64,000 nt of DNA. It comes from Escherichia coli (GTDB lineage: Bacteria; Pseudomonadota; Gammaproteobacteria; Enterobacterales; Enterobacteriaceae). A program made the position numbers and the translations under genes. Below the pieces are notes generated by a model. That model ran no database searches. It saw only the letters and a list, made by a program, of their open reading frames with translations, and had not been told where the DNA came from. Positions 18,271 to 27,330 of this stretch are shown one piece after another. The stretch's first letter is position 1. Each line of letters starts with the position of its first letter. The stretch lies in NCBI RefSeq assembly GCF_003019035.1, contig NZ_CP027448.1. One strand, written 5' to 3'.

Positions 18271-19643
18271 AGTGTGCTCCCTCCGAAGTGATAGTTGTTC
18301 TGGTAACGACTGAGCATGCGGGCGGAAAGCTGCTGACGCATGTAGCTCATCTGACGATCGACAACCAGCAGCGCATCCTGCTGTACCTGCACCTGTGACT
18401 GAAACGCCGCAATCTGCCGGGTGGCATCATTCATGTTGTCGTTAATATGCTCGATAACCGCTTCGTCATAATTTCCCGTGGCCACCATCGCCCGGGCCTG
18501 CTGTATCAGCTCCTGAATGTACTGCAGCAGGATGTCGTAACCGATATAGTCCGTCAGCTGGTAAATCATGCTGTTGGAAACGCCGAGCATCTGCGGGTCA
18601 ACCAGATATTTGAAGACGGGGATGGTGGTACTGGAAATAAAACCTTTTTCCTTGTCATCCAGAGGCGTGTCACTGACCGCTTTGTTCTGAATGCTGGCCA
18701 GAAGTTTAGTAATCTGAGACTTCAGTGCATTATCCCGGCTGATGGTCACCGGTGTGTCAGCCACCACTTTCAGGCATTTATCAGAATCGTTGCAGTGATA
18801 AATTTTTGCTGTGCCGCCTTCCATCATGGCCCGGATAATTGAGCGGTCAGAGGTTCTGGCTGACAGCGGTGTGATTTCGCCGTTGGGACCAAACACCAGT
18901 GAGCCGGTCAGCGTCATCACAAATTCTTTCAGCTCTTTGTTGCCGTCAAACATTCTGTTTTTGGAAAGCGCATTCCACATGATGTTGATGTTTTTGGTCA
19001 CCCGCTCCTTATCCTTGTCGCTGGCTTTATCCCTGACACTGTCAGATTTCCCGCCAACGGTACATCCCTGCCGGGAAGCCGCCCAGTCAGCAAAAATATT
19101 GCTCTCACCGGCAATGTCCTGACAGACTTTCTGCTGGGACACCTGCGTCCGGGGGAAAAGCCCGCCGATAATCCCCTGTGCAGCCTGGCAGGAACTGAGG
19201 TTCATACTGTTAATGTCGCTTGCCATTTTCTGCACGAAGTCTTTTGCGGTTTTTATTTCCGGCACCGTTGTCTGCAGGGCAAGGTCAAAAAAGTAACCGG
19301 CAGCATTGCTCATAATCTGCTTAACAAAACGCTGCAACTGCTCACCATTAATAAAACTGAACGAGCCGAGATAGGCGTCGATGCCGCCACATCCAGCATT
19401 GATATCCGGCAGCGTCATGGAAATTAGCTGAACATTTTTGACCTGAGTACGGGCATACAGGGAGCCACCGTAAGCATAGCCGGCGGCCTGCCCCTGCCAG
19501 ACGCCCGGCTGTGTGGTATTGGAAGCAAATCCCAGCTTATTAAAGAACTGATTCATGTCGCTGTTCACATCCGCTGACGCTGCAGGCGTCACCGTCAGTA
19601 AGGCGGCACAAAGAACCAGAAGAGGTTTAATGCGTGGCATCAT
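18267..19643 (-). CDS. traH: TraH pilus assembly protein, 458 aa
   Basis: Signal peptide MMPRIKPLLVLCAALLTVTPAASA; size and order as in F. Confidence 0.93.
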   Translation of the reverse strand: MMPRIKPLLVLCAALLTVTPAASADVNSDMNQFFNKLGFASNTTQPGVWQGQAAGYAYGGSLYARTQVKNVQLISMTLPDINAGCGGIDAYLGSFSFINGEQLQRFVKQIMSNAAGYFFDLALQTTVPEIKTAKDFVQKMASDINSMNLSSCQAAQGIIGGLFPRTQVSQQKVCQDIAGESNIFADWAASRQGCTVGGKSDSVRDKASDKDKERVTKNINIMWNALSKNRMFDGNKELKEFVMTLTGSLVFGPNGEITPLSARTSDRSIIRAMMEGGTAKIYHCNDSDKCLKVVADTPVTISRDNALKSQITKLLASIQNKAVSDTPLDDKEKGFISSTTIPVFKYLVDPQMLGVSNSMIYQLTDYIGYDILLQYIQELIQQARAMVATGNYDEAVIEHINDNMNDATRQIAAFQSQVQVQQDALLVVDRQMSYMRQQLSARMLSRYQNNYHFGGSTL

Positions 19644-20020
19644 TCTTGCCCTCCCTTAATGTGTTCTCCCGGTGCATACGACATTTCAGCAGGAATATCT
19701 TGATATTTCCGTATATTAATTCGTACATTGGGGACAGAAAAAAATGTAACAAGAAACCCGGCTGCAAGCGCATATAACGTATACGGAATGGCATATATCA
19801 GGATATTCCACATATAACTCGAATTATTTAATTCCGGGTCCGCTTTCCACGAATCAATACAGGCATCAAAAATAATATCCATAACTGTCCATAAAACAAT
19901 TCTGGCAGTCAGGAATACCAGAGACAACCCAGCATACCTGCCAGTAATTCTGGAAATGTATTTATAATCTCGTTCTGTACTTCTGATTTTGAGTTCAGGA
20001 TTACTTTTATTTTCTCTCAT
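19640..20020 (-). CDS. trbF: TrbF, 126 aa membrane protein
   Basis: ATG at 20020 (MRENKSNPELKIRS...) gives the F TrbF length; position between trbJ and traH. Confidence 0.7.
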   Translation of the reverse strand: MRENKSNPELKIRSTERDYKYISRITGRYAGLSLVFLTARIVLWTVMDIIFDACIDSWKADPELNNSSYMWNILIYAIPYTLYALAAGFLVTFFSVPNVRINIRKYQDIPAEMSYAPGEHIKGGQE

Positions 20021-20288
20021 TATAAGCCCCCTCTGATATTTCCGATAATTCATTCAGACCGGTCATGCGGCTGTAATATATTTCAGACACCGAAATCCAT
20101 CCCACAATTGCCCCCACAAAAAACACAACAGAAACAGAAAAGGTAAGACTCAGAGAAACGACAATTTCTACAGGGCTGGCGGGATAAAAAAGCCCCTGAC
20201 GGATAAAGGGGATATTCAGGCTGACGATTATTCCCGTCACGATGCCGGATATTCCGGCAATGAGTAACACCACCTGCTTATTTCGCAC
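20007..20288 (-). CDS. trbJ: TrbJ, 93 aa membrane protein
   Basis: Size and position match F trbJ; two predicted TM segments. Confidence 0.7.
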   Translation of the reverse strand: MRNKQVVLLIAGISGIVTGIIVSLNIPFIRQGLFYPASPVEIVVSLSLTFSVSVVFFVGAIVGWISVSEIYYSRMTGLNELSEISEGAYNERK

Positions 20289-20823
20289 CTTTTTTTCCTC
20301 CGTACATCTGCAAAACGGTATTCACCCGCGCCATAAAACCGGCGGCATCCGTTGCCCCCTGTAAAAGCGGTAATGCCTCAAGCGTGTTGACGTTGACCAG
20401 GAAGGTGGTCGGTGTGGCCACCGGGATATTCGGGAAGAAGGTCTGCATCACCTCCGGTGGCACCGGTAATGCTTCAGGAAAGGCCGTATCCCCCTGACCA
20501 TCCAGGGTGTAGGAAAAAACGGAAAAGCCGTACTGCTGTGCCAGCTGTTTCAGTACCGGGTCAAACTGGTGACAGTAAGGGCAATGCCCCTGCATAAACA
20601 GCACCACCTTCCAGTCGGCCAGGTTAACCTGCCTGCCATTACTGAGGCGGAACCAGCGGGGAGTCGGCTTTGCTGTCCTGGCTGACGTGCCTGCTGCCGG
20701 TTGTGCAGGCTGCGTAGCCATACCCTGCGGATTCCAGAGTCGCTCTATTTCATCCCGGGTGGAGGCCTGCACAGCAGCGGCGCTCAGCAACAGGGTGAAC
20801 AGCAGTGATTTAGTGAGAGACAT
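20278..20823 (-). CDS. trbB: TrbB periplasmic thioredoxin-fold disulfide isomerase
   Basis: 181 aa, signal peptide, CPYC active site (QGHCPYCHQF). Confidence 0.9.
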   Translation of the reverse strand: MSLTKSLLFTLLLSAAAVQASTRDEIERLWNPQGMATQPAQPAAGTSARTAKPTPRWFRLSNGRQVNLADWKVVLFMQGHCPYCHQFDPVLKQLAQQYGFSVFSYTLDGQGDTAFPEALPVPPEVMQTFFPNIPVATPTTFLVNVNTLEALPLLQGATDAAGFMARVNTVLQMYGGKKGAK

Positions 20824-21094
20824 GTCCGCCCTCCTGCTGCCCTTCCATCATGGCCTGTTGCCTGGCTTCCAGTGCCTCACGCTCTTCCCGGCTGACACGG
20901 GCAATCCATGCATCCAGCACCTGGTATGCGCCGAACAGTACGAGAATGGCCGCAATCAGCTCCGCCAGAAAAAAAGCCATCCAGGGTTTGCTGTAAACAA
21001 GACGGGCGACGATATGAAACCAGACACCCAGGGAAAATACCCACATTCCCGTAATATCAAGCCGGGGTAAAGAGAATCTGCGTTTACTTATCAT
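20810..21094 (-). CDS. traQ: TraQ pilin chaperone, 94 aa
   Basis: Size, hydrophobic core and position (between trbA/artA and trbB) as in F. Confidence 0.82.
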   Translation of the reverse strand: MISKRRFSLPRLDITGMWVFSLGVWFHIVARLVYSKPWMAFFLAELIAAILVLFGAYQVLDAWIARVSREEREALEARQQAMMEGQQEGGHVSH

Positions 21095-21174
21095 GTTAAA
21101 CTCCGGTTATTATTTACATGAGAGTATTCATGTCTGTAATATTCGCGTTTGTGTGATATTAATCAGAGGTACAA

Positions 21175-21489
21175 ATGGAAAAGCGATCTTTTAAAGAAAA
21201 ACTGGAAATAATCAGAAACATAATAAGAGAGTCGTTACTGGGAAATGCGGCAATTATTGCGCTGATATATGCAGCATCACATTCATTACCGGTCAATGCC
21301 TTCCCTGACTATCTTGTAATAACTTTATTAAGTATCGCAGCAGGCATCGTTGTATTATGGTTATTTTCAATTATCTATATTTATTTTTGTGAGCTATTCA
21401 GAAGCCACTGGATTGCGGTATGGTTTATCATATGGTCTTCAGTAATCAACCTCATTATTTTGTATGGTTTTTATGACCGTTTTATATGA
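21175..21489 (+). CDS. artA: ArtA, 104-aa membrane protein on the anti-tra strand
   Basis: Only plus-strand ORF in a gap of the tra operon, 104 aa like F artA, between traQ and trbA. Confidence 0.6.
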   Translation: MEKRSFKEKLEIIRNIIRESLLGNAAIIALIYAASHSLPVNAFPDYLVITLLSIAAGIVVLWLFSIIYIYFCELFRSHWIAVWFIIWSSVINLIILYGFYDRFI

Positions 21490-21490
21490 C

Positions 21491-21838
21491 TTAGCCTGTC
21501 ATAAGCCCCCTTATAAAAAACCACATCACTCCGGACCATACCGATGACAACACAATACAGATAAATATTCTTCTGAACCTGTCGAAGTTCGTAACGTCCG
21601 GTAATGCGGCCGCAACTATTGAAACAACCAGTGCTGCGCCCTGACTCATAATTGCACCACACAGAGACCAGAGACTGGCGGTAAGCACATATAAACACGC
21701 GATATTAATAACAAGGAAAACCAGTGAGCTCAAGAGAAACATTTTCCTGTCATTACGCTCAGAAAAGAAATAACCGGCAATAATGACAAATATTAACAGA
21801 ACAACACCTGTAAACATTTTCAAATAATCTTCACTCAT
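21491..21838 (-). CDS. trbA: TrbA, 115-aa membrane protein
   Basis: Size and position as F trbA. Confidence 0.7.
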   Translation of the reverse strand: MSEDYLKMFTGVVLLIFVIIAGYFFSERNDRKMFLLSSLVFLVINIACLYVLTASLWSLCGAIMSQGAALVVSIVAAALPDVTNFDRFRRIFICIVLSSVWSGVMWFFIRGLMTG

Positions 21839-21853
21839 AAATCAAATCCGCGA

Positions 21854-22597
21854 TTAAAAATTGGGTTTAAAATCTTCAGAAACGTTCAGGAACTGTTTTG
21901 CCAGGTCGTCCTGCGAAATAAAGCCGTATGATAACGGGCGAACACTGCCCTGTTTCGGGTCAACCAGCATCATGGCCGGGAAATATTTCACGCCGAGGCG
22001 CTGCGCCTGCCCCTGGTCAGTCCGGGAATCCGGCAACAGCGGATTAATCACGCCATCCACGGAAACGGGAATAACACTCAGACCATACGTATCCCGGAAG
22101 CCATTAATGACCTGCGCCAGTTGCCCGTCGATGGGGTCCTGCCCCCGGTAAAAAAACATGATGCCGTAGTGTTCAGCCAGTTTCGCAATGGCCTGTCGCT
22201 GCTGCGCCTGGTCTGCTGCCAGCTGGTTCCGTACCGTGCCGTTGTAATGGCTGTACTGCAGGTTATAGTCCAGTTCAGGATGTGCCAGCATGGCCTTTCT
22301 GGCGCTCATGGTGAAAAGCCCGGCCTGCTGAGTCCAGTAATTTTGCAGCCGGAAATATTTCACAAAATTATCCACGCCGGGATACAGAATGGCTTCGTAC
22401 AGCGCCCGCTTTGTTGCCGTCTGCAGTGCGGCCAGTTTCTGCATAATATCCGGTTCCTGACGGGGGGCTGCAGGTACAGGTTTATTTTCTTTTTCCTTCG
22501 GATTTATTTTCTCGTTATACCACTGCCAGCCTGCATCTTTTCCTGACGCCGGAAAAATAAAGCAGCAGAGTAACAGTGGCAGTAATGCTTTATTCAT
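21854..22597 (-). CDS. traF: TraF pilus assembly protein (thioredoxin-like fold), 247 aa
   Basis: ATG at 22597: MNKALLPLLLCCFIFPASGKDAGWQWYNEKINPKEKENK... recognised as F TraF. Confidence 0.93.
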   Translation of the reverse strand: MNKALLPLLLCCFIFPASGKDAGWQWYNEKINPKEKENKPVPAAPRQEPDIMQKLAALQTATKRALYEAILYPGVDNFVKYFRLQNYWTQQAGLFTMSARKAMLAHPELDYNLQYSHYNGTVRNQLAADQAQQRQAIAKLAEHYGIMFFYRGQDPIDGQLAQVINGFRDTYGLSVIPVSVDGVINPLLPDSRTDQGQAQRLGVKYFPAMMLVDPKQGSVRPLSYGFISQDDLAKQFLNVSEDFKPNF

Positions 22598-22850
22598 CTT
22601 CATTCCTTTCATCACTTTTTCTTTCATCAGGTTTCTGCAGGTCAGTCAGGGCAGAAAAACAAAAATACAGAATAAACAGGAGCACACCGGAGTAAAGGAT
22701 AACGAAAGCAGCGGCAAGCATCCCGTCTGCCGTGGTTTCTTTTACCGTATCCCACGACCAGATAATTACCGGAGAAATGACAATCGCTGTAATCAAAAGC
22801 CGGATAAGAAAATCAATAAAACGGTTCGACGTGAATATGACTTTCATCAT
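22590..22850 (-). CDS. trbE: TrbE, 86 aa membrane protein
   Basis: Size and position between traN and traF. Confidence 0.7.
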   Translation of the reverse strand: MMKVIFTSNRFIDFLIRLLITAIVISPVIIWSWDTVKETTADGMLAAAFVILYSGVLLFILYFCFSALTDLQKPDERKSDERNEDE

Positions 22851-22873
22851 TTCCCCCGGTTATTTCCCATACC

Positions 22874-24682
22874 TTACTGTCCTGCCTGTTTCAGCTGGTC
22901 AGCAATCTGCTCTTTCACTTTCTGCGTCAGAACGCCACTGTCCGGGATTTTCTGGTTATTCATCAGGTCTTCGTAGAAGTTAGTGAAATCCAGTCTGTTG
23001 AACTGAATTTTCTGCAGCTCATCAACCGTAATCCCCCGACAGTCAGGATGCTTCGCTCTGCCAAAACTGATACGCAACTGACCGTTGCGCCCCTGCTGCT
23101 GGACTATCTGCGCCAGCTTCGAATCAAACTGACAGTAGCTGCGTTTTTTCTCCAGACAGACGCCCAGCACTTTCTTCGAACAGAACTCCCCGACGCTGAC
23201 GGTCAGTTTGTTTGATTTTGCTTTAGCCAGGGCTTTTTCATCACTGCTGCATTTGGCCAGCCCGATATCCTGTCCCCAGCCGCTGTCCTTACAGCAGTTG
23301 CTGTATCCGGCTGCAGCCTTCTTACAAAATTTCGCCTGACCGGTGAAAGCACGGACATCCACCCCGTTCAGCGCCGCAACATCCTTACCTGCAGCGGCCA
23401 GTGCTGCCAGCTGAGAAACAGCTTCAGCAAAATCATTACTCTTCCCGCCCTGAGCCTTATCGCATTCGCCATCGAGACAGAAGACGTCTCCCCCACAGAC
23501 CATCACTTTCCCTGATGTTTTTGACTCGCAGGAGTAGGTGGCATATTCATGCAGACAGGCACCTTCTTCGGAGTAAAAGGCGCACTGGTGTGACACCAGG
23601 GTACAGGCAGGATTGTCGGTGTAGGTCTGACAAGTTCCCTTGTCTGCTGACTGCGTGACATACGTGTCCCGGTATGCCCAGCAGCTCTGGTACATGCTGT
23701 ATGACTGACCATCTTTCACCAGCGTCCTGTTCCCGCCAGCCTCCGTACATTCTGTTTTTGTCAGTTTCCCCAGCTCCTTGCTGAACGGGCAGCTTTCAGA
23801 CCAGACAACATACGGGGTGTACGAGGCTTTTTTTACCCTGACAACCAGACGCAGCTTCATTGCCGTATGACGTTTGAATTTTGTATTCCCGACCCGGACG
23901 GGGTGAGATGACGTAAAAGCCACACCGGCAGTCAGTGTTTTCTGTACTGGTGTAAATGAGGCATCTGCTGAGTATTTGGCATTCCAGCTCAGTGGGGTTC
24001 CCAGTACTGTAATTGTCATAGGTACACTCTTCTGCAAGTAAGTACGACTCCAGCTGTAATGCGCATCGACAATTTCACCGGTAACGGGAGAGGTAATGGA
24101 GACAACATACTGACCATTCACTTCACGTGCAGGTAGCTGACTCATTTCATACTCCAGCGTCCGGGTTTCCCATGTGGTACTCCCCTGCAGCTTCATACGG
24201 GCAGTTCGTGTGCAGTACTGCTCCACCTGTAAATCCCGCTCACAGGTGTAATTCGTGTATTCACTCCTGCTAATCTCCTGCGCACTGCACTGCTGCCCGG
24301 TGTTTCCCACAATGCTGTCAGCCCGGTTCACCACATCCCTGCCGGTCTGGATAAACGGTGCATCCGGTGAAAGAATGTCTTTCGGCTTGTTCATGAATGA
24401 TTCTGTAATGGTTTTTCCGGTTTCACCGGTCGCCCATTCCGTGGTGCCGTCATTTTTCAGGCCGCCATCCCCGCCGGCAGTCACGCCACCGTAATATTTT
24501 GTCTCGTCCGGATTCGCGTTATAGCCGGGGATACTCTCCTGTGGCTTAAAGCCCTGAATACTGCTGCTTCCCTGCCCTTTGATCTGGTGAGCAAAATCAG
24601 AACCGGCCCGGTAATCACTGTTGCTGTCAGCCTGTGCCATGCCGGCAACCAGAGCCAGTATCAGAGGTAAAATACGTTTCAT
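22874..24682 (-). CDS. traN: TraN outer-membrane mating-pair stabilisation protein, 602 aa
   Basis: Signal peptide MKRILPLILALVAGMAQA, Cys-rich C-terminal half, F TraN length. Confidence 0.95.
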   Translation of the reverse strand: MKRILPLILALVAGMAQADSNSDYRAGSDFAHQIKGQGSSSIQGFKPQESIPGYNANPDETKYYGGVTAGGDGGLKNDGTTEWATGETGKTITESFMNKPKDILSPDAPFIQTGRDVVNRADSIVGNTGQQCSAQEISRSEYTNYTCERDLQVEQYCTRTARMKLQGSTTWETRTLEYEMSQLPAREVNGQYVVSITSPVTGEIVDAHYSWSRTYLQKSVPMTITVLGTPLSWNAKYSADASFTPVQKTLTAGVAFTSSHPVRVGNTKFKRHTAMKLRLVVRVKKASYTPYVVWSESCPFSKELGKLTKTECTEAGGNRTLVKDGQSYSMYQSCWAYRDTYVTQSADKGTCQTYTDNPACTLVSHQCAFYSEEGACLHEYATYSCESKTSGKVMVCGGDVFCLDGECDKAQGGKSNDFAEAVSQLAALAAAGKDVAALNGVDVRAFTGQAKFCKKAAAGYSNCCKDSGWGQDIGLAKCSSDEKALAKAKSNKLTVSVGEFCSKKVLGVCLEKKRSYCQFDSKLAQIVQQQGRNGQLRISFGRAKHPDCRGITVDELQKIQFNRLDFTNFYEDLMNNQKIPDSGVLTQKVKEQIADQLKQAGQ

Positions 24683-25320
24683 TTCCCGGCATCTCCTTTC
24701 CCTGCCAGTAAATCATGAGCCACCTGCCGGCAGTCACCCGTGGCGGCCACTTTCTCCAGCGCCTGGCCGACCCGCAGGTTTCCCCGGATGATGTCGTATC
24801 CCTGACTGCAGAACACCACCAGTGCCGGTACAGTGCGAATGCCGTACTGTGAAAACAGCGTCGGGTCGATCTGAACACCATCAGTCGCGCCGTCTTTCAC
24901 CAGGGACAACACAGCTTCAGCGGTGGTCTTCAGGTCATTGTTCACCATGCCCCGCAGTGTGGCCGGAATACCGTAGTGCCGGGTTTCGCCCAGCATTCGT
25001 TTCAGCCCCTCTTCGGGAATGGAAAACGACACAAAATACAGAGCACCCTGCCGGGGTTTCCCGTCCTGCGAAGCCTGCTGTTTACGAACCAGCTCATCCA
25101 GGAAATGGTTATCTGAACGCTGAAGGGGGTTTTCCAGCACCTGTTTCTCCGCCCAGGCTTTCAGCTGATGGTCAGGTTTTTCACGCAGTTGTCTGCTTAA
25201 ATTTTCCTGCTGCTTCAGGAACTGGCGGTTTTCAGGAGTGTTCACGTTTTCTGACGCCATAACCGCCCCGTTCAGCATCATCAGCAGTGCTGCCAGAGAT
25301 TTCATACTCAGCTTCATCAT
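24679..25320 (-). CDS. trbC: TrbC pilus assembly protein
   Basis: 213 aa, signal peptide; overlaps traN start; F order. Confidence 0.88.
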   Translation of the reverse strand: MMKLSMKSLAALLMMLNGAVMASENVNTPENRQFLKQQENLSRQLREKPDHQLKAWAEKQVLENPLQRSDNHFLDELVRKQQASQDGKPRQGALYFVSFSIPEEGLKRMLGETRHYGIPATLRGMVNNDLKTTAEAVLSLVKDGATDGVQIDPTLFSQYGIRTVPALVVFCSQGYDIIRGNLRVGQALEKVAATGDCRQVAHDLLAGKGDAGK

Positions 25321-25325
25321 TCACC

Positions 25326-26318
25326 TCACAGGAAGACACAGTTACGTTTACGCCACATCAGGTAGCCGAAGTTTTTCTTTGTGTTGGGCGGATTTTTCCC
25401 GGTTTCCCAGCGGGTCACGCTGCGCCCGAACGGGTGGCACTGCCCGCTGTCCGGATACATATTCACCATCTGGTAACGCCAGCGTTCTTTGGGCAGGATT
25501 GGGGACGGATATTCATTACAGACGGCGTTATTTTTCCCGATGGTTTCCATAATCATGCCCTGACGGTGCAGCTTGAACGCCATGCGTTCACTGACCAGCA
25601 GGGAGGACTGCAACGGACTGGACTCATTACTCACCCAGCCATTGAACGGGTACATACTTCCCTGCGAACCGGCACACCAGAACAGAACATCGAGAGGCAT
25701 ATTAAAGGCGCTGGCAATCGCATCTGCTGCGCAGGCTCCCTGTGCTATCGGATTGGCAAAGATGACAGCTTCCGGATTGAGAATGGTGGTCAGGCTGCTG
25801 TCCGTCCAGGTGGGGTCAATTTCAGAAAGATAAGCGATATCCAGGTCACCACCTTCCAGACAGCCCAGCGATGTGATGATGTTCAGCCAGTACGTCAGCG
25901 GGTATTTGTACCAGTGAACGTGATAGAACGCCCCATTTACCTGCTTCTCATCCTTTTTCGCCGTTCCCTGTGCCGTTTTACCAAAAGCCGGCAGGCTGAA
26001 GCCCAGGTTCACCATGCATCCCGGTGACCGGGTGACGTCCGTCAACGCCATCGGCTCCCAGTAACCAATGGCCAGCCCGATACGCCTGAACAGCGGCGGC
26101 GGTGCCGGACAAATCTGAATGGGCATCGACGGGTTCGCCGTGTCGGGGACCTTACCCTGACTGACTTTGATACTGCCCAGCGAGAGCGGGAAAATACAGC
26201 TCCAGCAGATATCTGTGATCGGGTTTACAAAACGCCCCTCACAGGCAGAATCCGCAGACGCCGCAGGGACATGACCGGCGAAAAGGAATAACATCAGCAG
26301 CCACAGCCTTCGCTTCAT
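25326..26318 (-). CDS. traU: TraU, 330 aa
   Basis: MKRRLWLLMLFLFAGHVPAASADSACEGRFVNPITDICWSCIFPLSLG... recognised as TraU. Confidence 0.95.
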   Translation of the reverse strand: MKRRLWLLMLFLFAGHVPAASADSACEGRFVNPITDICWSCIFPLSLGSIKVSQGKVPDTANPSMPIQICPAPPPLFRRIGLAIGYWEPMALTDVTRSPGCMVNLGFSLPAFGKTAQGTAKKDEKQVNGAFYHVHWYKYPLTYWLNIITSLGCLEGGDLDIAYLSEIDPTWTDSSLTTILNPEAVIFANPIAQGACAADAIASAFNMPLDVLFWCAGSQGSMYPFNGWVSNESSPLQSSLLVSERMAFKLHRQGMIMETIGKNNAVCNEYPSPILPKERWRYQMVNMYPDSGQCHPFGRSVTRWETGKNPPNTKKNFGYLMWRKRNCVFL

Positions 26319-26947
26319 TTTCTGCCCTCCTCTGCCGGAATAAATTCCACCTTCAGGAAGCGATCGCCGGGAACGGCGTTCACCCGTGCCGGGACCTGAT
26401 CAATGCCGAGGCGCTGGCAGAGCACACCGTTCTGGTCAAAGTAAACACGGCTGTCCAGAGACTTCTGCATCTCCGGGATACTGCCCTGCACGAGGATAAT
26501 TTTGCTCTCCAGTGTGGGCGGCGTCTGGCGTTTCATCCAGGCCACCTGCGCCGGATCATCGCCATTGATGAAATACAGCGTCTGGTTAAAAGGAACATAC
26601 TGCAGCGGATTCATCACTTCACCCTGACGGGCAAACACCCGCCCTTCGTTATCCCGGATATCCGCAGCCAGTCTGACGGACGGGTCAAACAACCGGCTGC
26701 CGTATTTCTCCGTGCGTCCGATACCGGGCACGGCAGGGGGCCGCAGACTGTTGCGGATCACCCGCTCCTTAAAGGCATCCATTTTCCGGCCCATCTCACC
26801 GGACTGCTCCAGTGCCGTCAGGCGCTGCATGATCACCGTCAGCATGTCCGGCTCCTTTACCGGCCACAGATCGCCCCAGGTACCAAGATCGGCGGCGGCC
26901 ACACTCTGCCCCCATATCAGCAGGGCAATCAACCCCCGGCATCTCAT
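26315..26947 (-). CDS. traW: TraW, 210 aa
   Basis: ATG at 26947 (MRCRGLIALLIWGQSVAA...) overlaps trbI stop (ATGA); the upstream extension in the ORF track is unlikely. Confidence 0.92.
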   Translation of the reverse strand: MRCRGLIALLIWGQSVAAADLGTWGDLWPVKEPDMLTVIMQRLTALEQSGEMGRKMDAFKERVIRNSLRPPAVPGIGRTEKYGSRLFDPSVRLAADIRDNEGRVFARQGEVMNPLQYVPFNQTLYFINGDDPAQVAWMKRQTPPTLESKIILVQGSIPEMQKSLDSRVYFDQNGVLCQRLGIDQVPARVNAVPGDRFLKVEFIPAEEGRK

Positions 26948-27330
26948 GGTTCCGCCCTCATTCGCCGGGCAATATCCTGCTGGATTTCCCGGGTGATATC
27001 CGGTGCCCCCTGTACCACAGCAGGCGACACCAGAATGACCGCGTGGTGTTTCTGCTGCCACGCCTGCAGGCTGGCTTCCAGTGCCGTGTTAAAACGCGCT
27101 GAAAGAGCTTTTGACTGCGCTTCTGACAGTTGTTTCTGACTGGCGCTGTCAAAAAACGCATCCACGGTCTGTTTCATGTTGAAGGCGACAGTCACCGGTG
27201 CGTTCAGTCTGACAATGCCGTAACTGACGGCTGCGTTCAGTAACACCATTGCCAGGCATCCCGGCACCGTCCACCACCAGTGGCTGCGTCGTTCTGCCGT
27301 GACGTCGGCGGGTTTCTGCGTTGAACTCAT
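26944..27330 (-). CDS. trbI: TrbI, 128 aa
   Basis: Size and position between traC and traW; one TM. Confidence 0.82.
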   Translation of the reverse strand: MSSTQKPADVTAERRSHWWWTVPGCLAMVLLNAAVSYGIVRLNAPVTVAFNMKQTVDAFFDSASQKQLSEAQSKALSARFNTALEASLQAWQQKHHAVILVSPAVVQGAPDITREIQQDIARRMRAEP